This document shows, in pieces, positions 61,770 to 64,000 of a DNA stretch of 64,000 nt. The first letter of the stretch is position 1; the number at the start of each line of letters is the position of its first letter. Under the pieces are notes generated by a model. The model saw only the letters and a list, made by a program, of their open reading frames with translations. It was not told where the DNA came from and made no database searches. The position numbers and the translations under genes were made by a program. Origin of the DNA: Hyphochytrium catenoides (Eukaryota > Protista > Hyphochytriomycota). Where the stretch lies: the NCBI GenBank assembly GCA_900088475.1, contig FLMG01000154.1, positions 1 to 64,000 on the forward strand. Direction: 5' to 3'.

Positions 61770-64000
61770 CTAGACTTCCTTTCTCAGCACTTCCGACTGT
61801 TGCCTTCTGGGCAACAGCGCGGAACCCATGCTTCTCAACGCAGGGATCCCTATCGCGGATTTGCGCTGCCTGCCAGGTACTTGAGCATCAGTGCTAGCCA
61901 CCCCTCCGATAAACTTTTCGTTGCAGGCTTCGATGGCATACTTTATCAGGTAAACCCAGCTGGACATTTCCTCGTGGGACCTCACTGACACCAAGAATGA
62001 CCGTACGTCTTGACAGGCTATCTTGTCTCTGCTCCAACTCTTCACTTCTAATTTAAAACAAAAAGGTCGGCCGGCTGTCTCCGCTGGCACGGCCTCTACG
62101 TTTGCGCCAGCCAGGTTTAGTATGGTACACTTTCCAAGCGTCTGCGACTGGTCTGCAAATAGAAGTGATCAGACATCCTTAGAAAATCAGACAAAGACCC
62201 ACCTAACCTAAGCTTACTTTCGTTCTCATCGTGCTGGAAGATCAGTCTAGAGTTCTGCAGTACAGCCCAACGTTTCTTCCATAGCGGAGCCTTGCTGATG
62301 GCAGAGAAAACAGAAGCTTGCTTCCGTACGGCCACCAAGCCCCCTTTCAGCCGCAACATTGGGGAGACTTTACTCTGATTAACGCCTTCAGTCTTCATGG
62401 CCATGCTCATTCGGGTCTTAATGAAGAACTGCTGCCTCAGCTCTCTGTCTTGCCGCTCTCTACCAGTATGCAAAGAGTGGGTAAGGCCAACAGAAAAGAA
62501 AGTTCGCAGGACTATAACTTACCGATACTCATCTATCCTCTTATTGAGTTTCTCTTGCTGAATAGACAGCATCTGGCAACGCAGAACGTCGTGCAAGAAG
62601 CCGTGCGTGATCTCATACTTCACACGCCCTCCAAGCTGGTGTATAGATGCCGTGCTTCCGGCACACAACTCCACCTGTAAATTGAGGTGTGTCAGAAAGG
62701 GAAGCATGACAAACGTCGCATTGCATGTCGTACCCTTTTGATGAAGTTTAACTTCAAAAGACCCTGAAACTCCTCATCTAATTTGGCGCCATGTGCACTG
62801 ATGGGATACACTGTCTTCAAGAGTTCCAGTTCGAAGCTGGGGCCCAGAAGTGTGGCGGTCTAAATGGACCAGTCGGTGAGATGATGAACAGCTCTGGTTG
62901 AGGTTCATAGGTGCTCACCTTCAGCAGCATACGCTGACAGACCGACAGCTCATCGACCCAAGCGGTAATTACCCCATTCACCACCACCGGCGGTTTTAGT
63001 CCGATGTTCTTAGTGGCTGATTTGCTCTTGTCTGTACTTGTCAGGCCTAGGAGCAGCAGCCTATCAGGCGTGTGGGCAAGTGTCACTTAGCTGTCAAGCT
63101 TGCACTCACCGCCGAGCAAAAGGGCTCCAAGGTGCTGCTGATGTTGGCCTTTCTCTCCACTAACTCTTCTTGGCCTTGTGTTGTTAAAGCAGTCCACACA
63201 GTGACGAACATACTCATTTTCTCCACTGACAAACAACAAAGAAGGGGAATTCAGGACATCCGTCGGAGGGAAAGAGTTTATACAGAAATGAAGAAACTAA
63301 CGGTAGCATCTTCTTGCAGGCATCAGGCGTACAACTTTCACAGAAGGTATAGCCACAGGCCCTGCACTTGTGCTTCTCATACGATCCTTGGAAAGAGAGA
63401 TGGCACTTGTAACAGCAAGCCGCTTCCGACTTGTCGCCCCAGGCTCTTTGCACCTTAAATGTACATTTCATGGTGCCTGCGGGAGAGGATGTTACAGAAC
63501 TGAATCTGAAATCTCTGGCAAACCCCATTATTTCATGTCGATAACGCCCCGAGCACCTACCGTTCTCCTTTTCCAAAACAATTAGGCCATCGTCCTTCAT
63601 CGAGCGCACCAGATATATCAGGAAAAGCGGATTGCCCTGAGACCTGACAAGACAATGCTTGAGAGATGGATAACCAAACACCAGAAAGCAAGTCCACGAT
63701 CAGTACCTCTGAATCAAGACAGAGGTAAGCTCCGCCGGCAACTCTTGCACTCCAAGCTCCTGACGAGCCAGGGCCTCCGCCCTCAATGGTGCTAACGGTT
63801 CAAGTACGGCCGTCTCAGACCGCGAGAAAGACCGGAACAAACTGAAAGAAATATCGATCAGAAATTCTACATTGGGCGGAACGTCGCATCATCAAACCTT
63901 AAAATTTCCCTTAGCTGTCCGGAGGCTCTGTCCGACACCTTTCGTGGCGGCCTCGTAGCTACGATGACCAAAATATTCTTCTCATCCTGGGCTGTACGAA
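61770..64000 (-). CDS. 3' part of a soluble-adenylyl-cyclase-type STAND NTPase protein with FYVE-like and PH domains (5' end outside window)
   Basis: STAND segments NILVIVATRP, LEPL...ELGVQELPAELTSVLIQRSQGNPLFL, VNGVITAWVDELSVCQRMLLKV and YEITHGFLHDVL. FYVE-like WGDK..CYKC..HKCRACG..FCESC. PH motifs WKKRWAVL, FCFKL and EEMSSWVYLIKYAI. Confidence 0.75.

Noticed and set aside
1-64000. Alternative genetic code, tRNA/rRNA genes, U12 introns
   Set aside because: Conserved genes splice into open frames with standard stops and GT-AG introns. No structured RNA gene was recognisable by eye, though snoRNAs cannot be excluded without Infernal.

Overview
Gene-dense, intron-rich eukaryotic nuclear DNA (GT-AG spliceosomal introns, standard code, two small N gaps). 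The gene content suggests a flagellated protist; several proteins look stramenopile-like from recall, but that is inference. By hand-splicing I reconstruct about 21 protein genes. In order: an intronless actinobacterial-type membrane protein, an F-box/WD40-like protein, a hidden 66-aa spliced microprotein, a 12-kb EF-hand/RCC1/F-type-lectin gene, PTAR1, a PrsW-family intramembrane protease, proteasome beta5, mitochondrial CysRS, MOCS2B and MOCS2A, FCF1, an intronless orphan ORF, BCKDHA, a divergent Sec23, TMEM17, ARP8, an LC8-family dynein light chain, NAXE, an F-box/XPA-like/beta-helix protein, and the 3' part of a soluble-adenylyl-cyclase-type STAND protein with FYVE and PH domains. The strongest finding is the molybdopterin synthase locus. 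The MOCS2A stop lies only 18 nt upstream of, and in frame with, the MOCS2B ATG. The spliced MOCS2A ORF has no internal ATG in any frame. Both point to a bicistronic leaky-scanning mRNA, with possible readthrough to a MoaD-MoaE fusion. Family assignments come from motif recall, not database searches.
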